In this document: piece after piece, positions 63,203 to 64,000 of the stretch
Layout of the letters: every line of letters starts with the position of its first letter
Position numbering within the stretch: the stretch's first letter is position 1
Source of the DNA: Leucoraja erinacea
Lineage: Eukaryota
NCBI RefSeq assembly: GCF_028641065.1
Contig: NC_073378.1
Span: 14,942,001-15,006,000, forward strand
Length of the DNA stretch: 64,000 nt
Reading direction: 5' to 3'
The notes under the pieces: model-generated
Told to the model about the DNA's origin: nothing
Databases searched by the model: none
Seen by the model: the letters and a program-made list of their open reading frames with translations, nothing else
Program-made: the position numbers and the translations under genes

Positions 63203-64000
63203 GATTCAGATTTTCAATTTAATTGTCTTTGTCCAACAGTACACCTTTACAACTTTGCATTTAGCATCTGGTCTTTGCGACATAGCAAACGATTTGAATA
63301 AATAATAATAAGTTCGGGGGGGGGGGGGGGGGGTCTGGTGTGGCAGTCACCGAGTCACGTTGTTGAGTAGAGTGACAGCCGCTCTGTTCCTCGACCTGCT
63401 GGTTCGGCAACGGAGAGACCTGTAGCGCCTCCCGGATGGTAGGAGGGTAAACAGTCCATGGTTGGGGTGAGAGCAGTCCTTGGCGATGCTGAGCGCCCTC
63501 CGCAGACAGCGCTTGCTTTGGACAGACTCAATGGAGGGGAGCGTGGAACCGGTGATGCGTTGGGCAATTTTCACCACCCTCTGCAATGCCTTCCGGTCGG
63601 AGACAGAGCAGTTGCCATAGCATACTGTGATGCAGTTGGTAAGGATGCTCTCGATGGTGCAGCGGTAGAAGTTCACCAGGATCTGAGGAGACAGATGGAC
63701 CTTCTTCAGTCTCCTCAGGAAGAAGAGACGCTGATGAGCCTTCTTGATCAGAGTAGAGGTATTGTGGGTCCAAGAGAGGTCATCGGAGATGTTGACTCCC
63801 AGGAACCTGAAACTAGAAACACGTTCCACCTCCGTCCCGTTAATGTGGATGGGGGTTTGCGTGCCGCCTCTGGACTTCCTGAAGTCTACAATGAGCTCCT
63901 TGGTCTTCGTGGAGTTAAGGGCCAGGTTGTTGTCAGCGCACCATGCTGCTAAGTGCTGGACCTCCTCCCTGTAGGCCAGCTCATCGTTGTTGCTGATGAG
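63203..64000 (-). mobile_element. Rex1/Babar LINE 3' part (runs off window)
   Basis: ORF 63347: ERVSSFRFLGVNISDDLSW..KKAHQRLFFLRRL..LLPSGRRYRSL. Confidence 0.93.

Noticed and set aside
57362-64000. Next MPP7 exon (GFR.SFRL... leading to GUK)
   Set aside because: Not found by eye; presumably beyond the window end rather than lost.

Overview
Eukaryotic (vertebrate) genomic DNA. The repeat families (HER1/CR1-like LINEs with (CTATGTTT)n tails, HE1/V-SINE-like SINEs, Penelope-derived elements, Rex1/Babar) suggest a cartilaginous fish such as a skate or ray; this is inference. The whole window lies inside one + strand gene, an MPP7-like MAGUK p55 scaffold. Six core exons are visible, covering the end of L27, PDZ, SH3 and the start of HOOK. 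The N-terminal and GUK exons were not found in the window. Three further frame-preserving phase-1 microexons of 21, 12 and 42 nt would add an acidic 25-aa cassette to the HOOK region. The introns are dense with retroelements, and most ORF-track entries are transposon fragments or noise. Main highlights: the HOOK microexon cluster; an ~800-nt non-coding Rex1-tailed element family with conserved RNA stems but divergent sequence; palindromic hammerhead-core mini-elements with long TSDs; an L1 with twin-priming geometry; and a CR1 nested antisense inside its own family. Repeat boundaries are approximate and were read by eye. Comparisons with human proteins are from memory.
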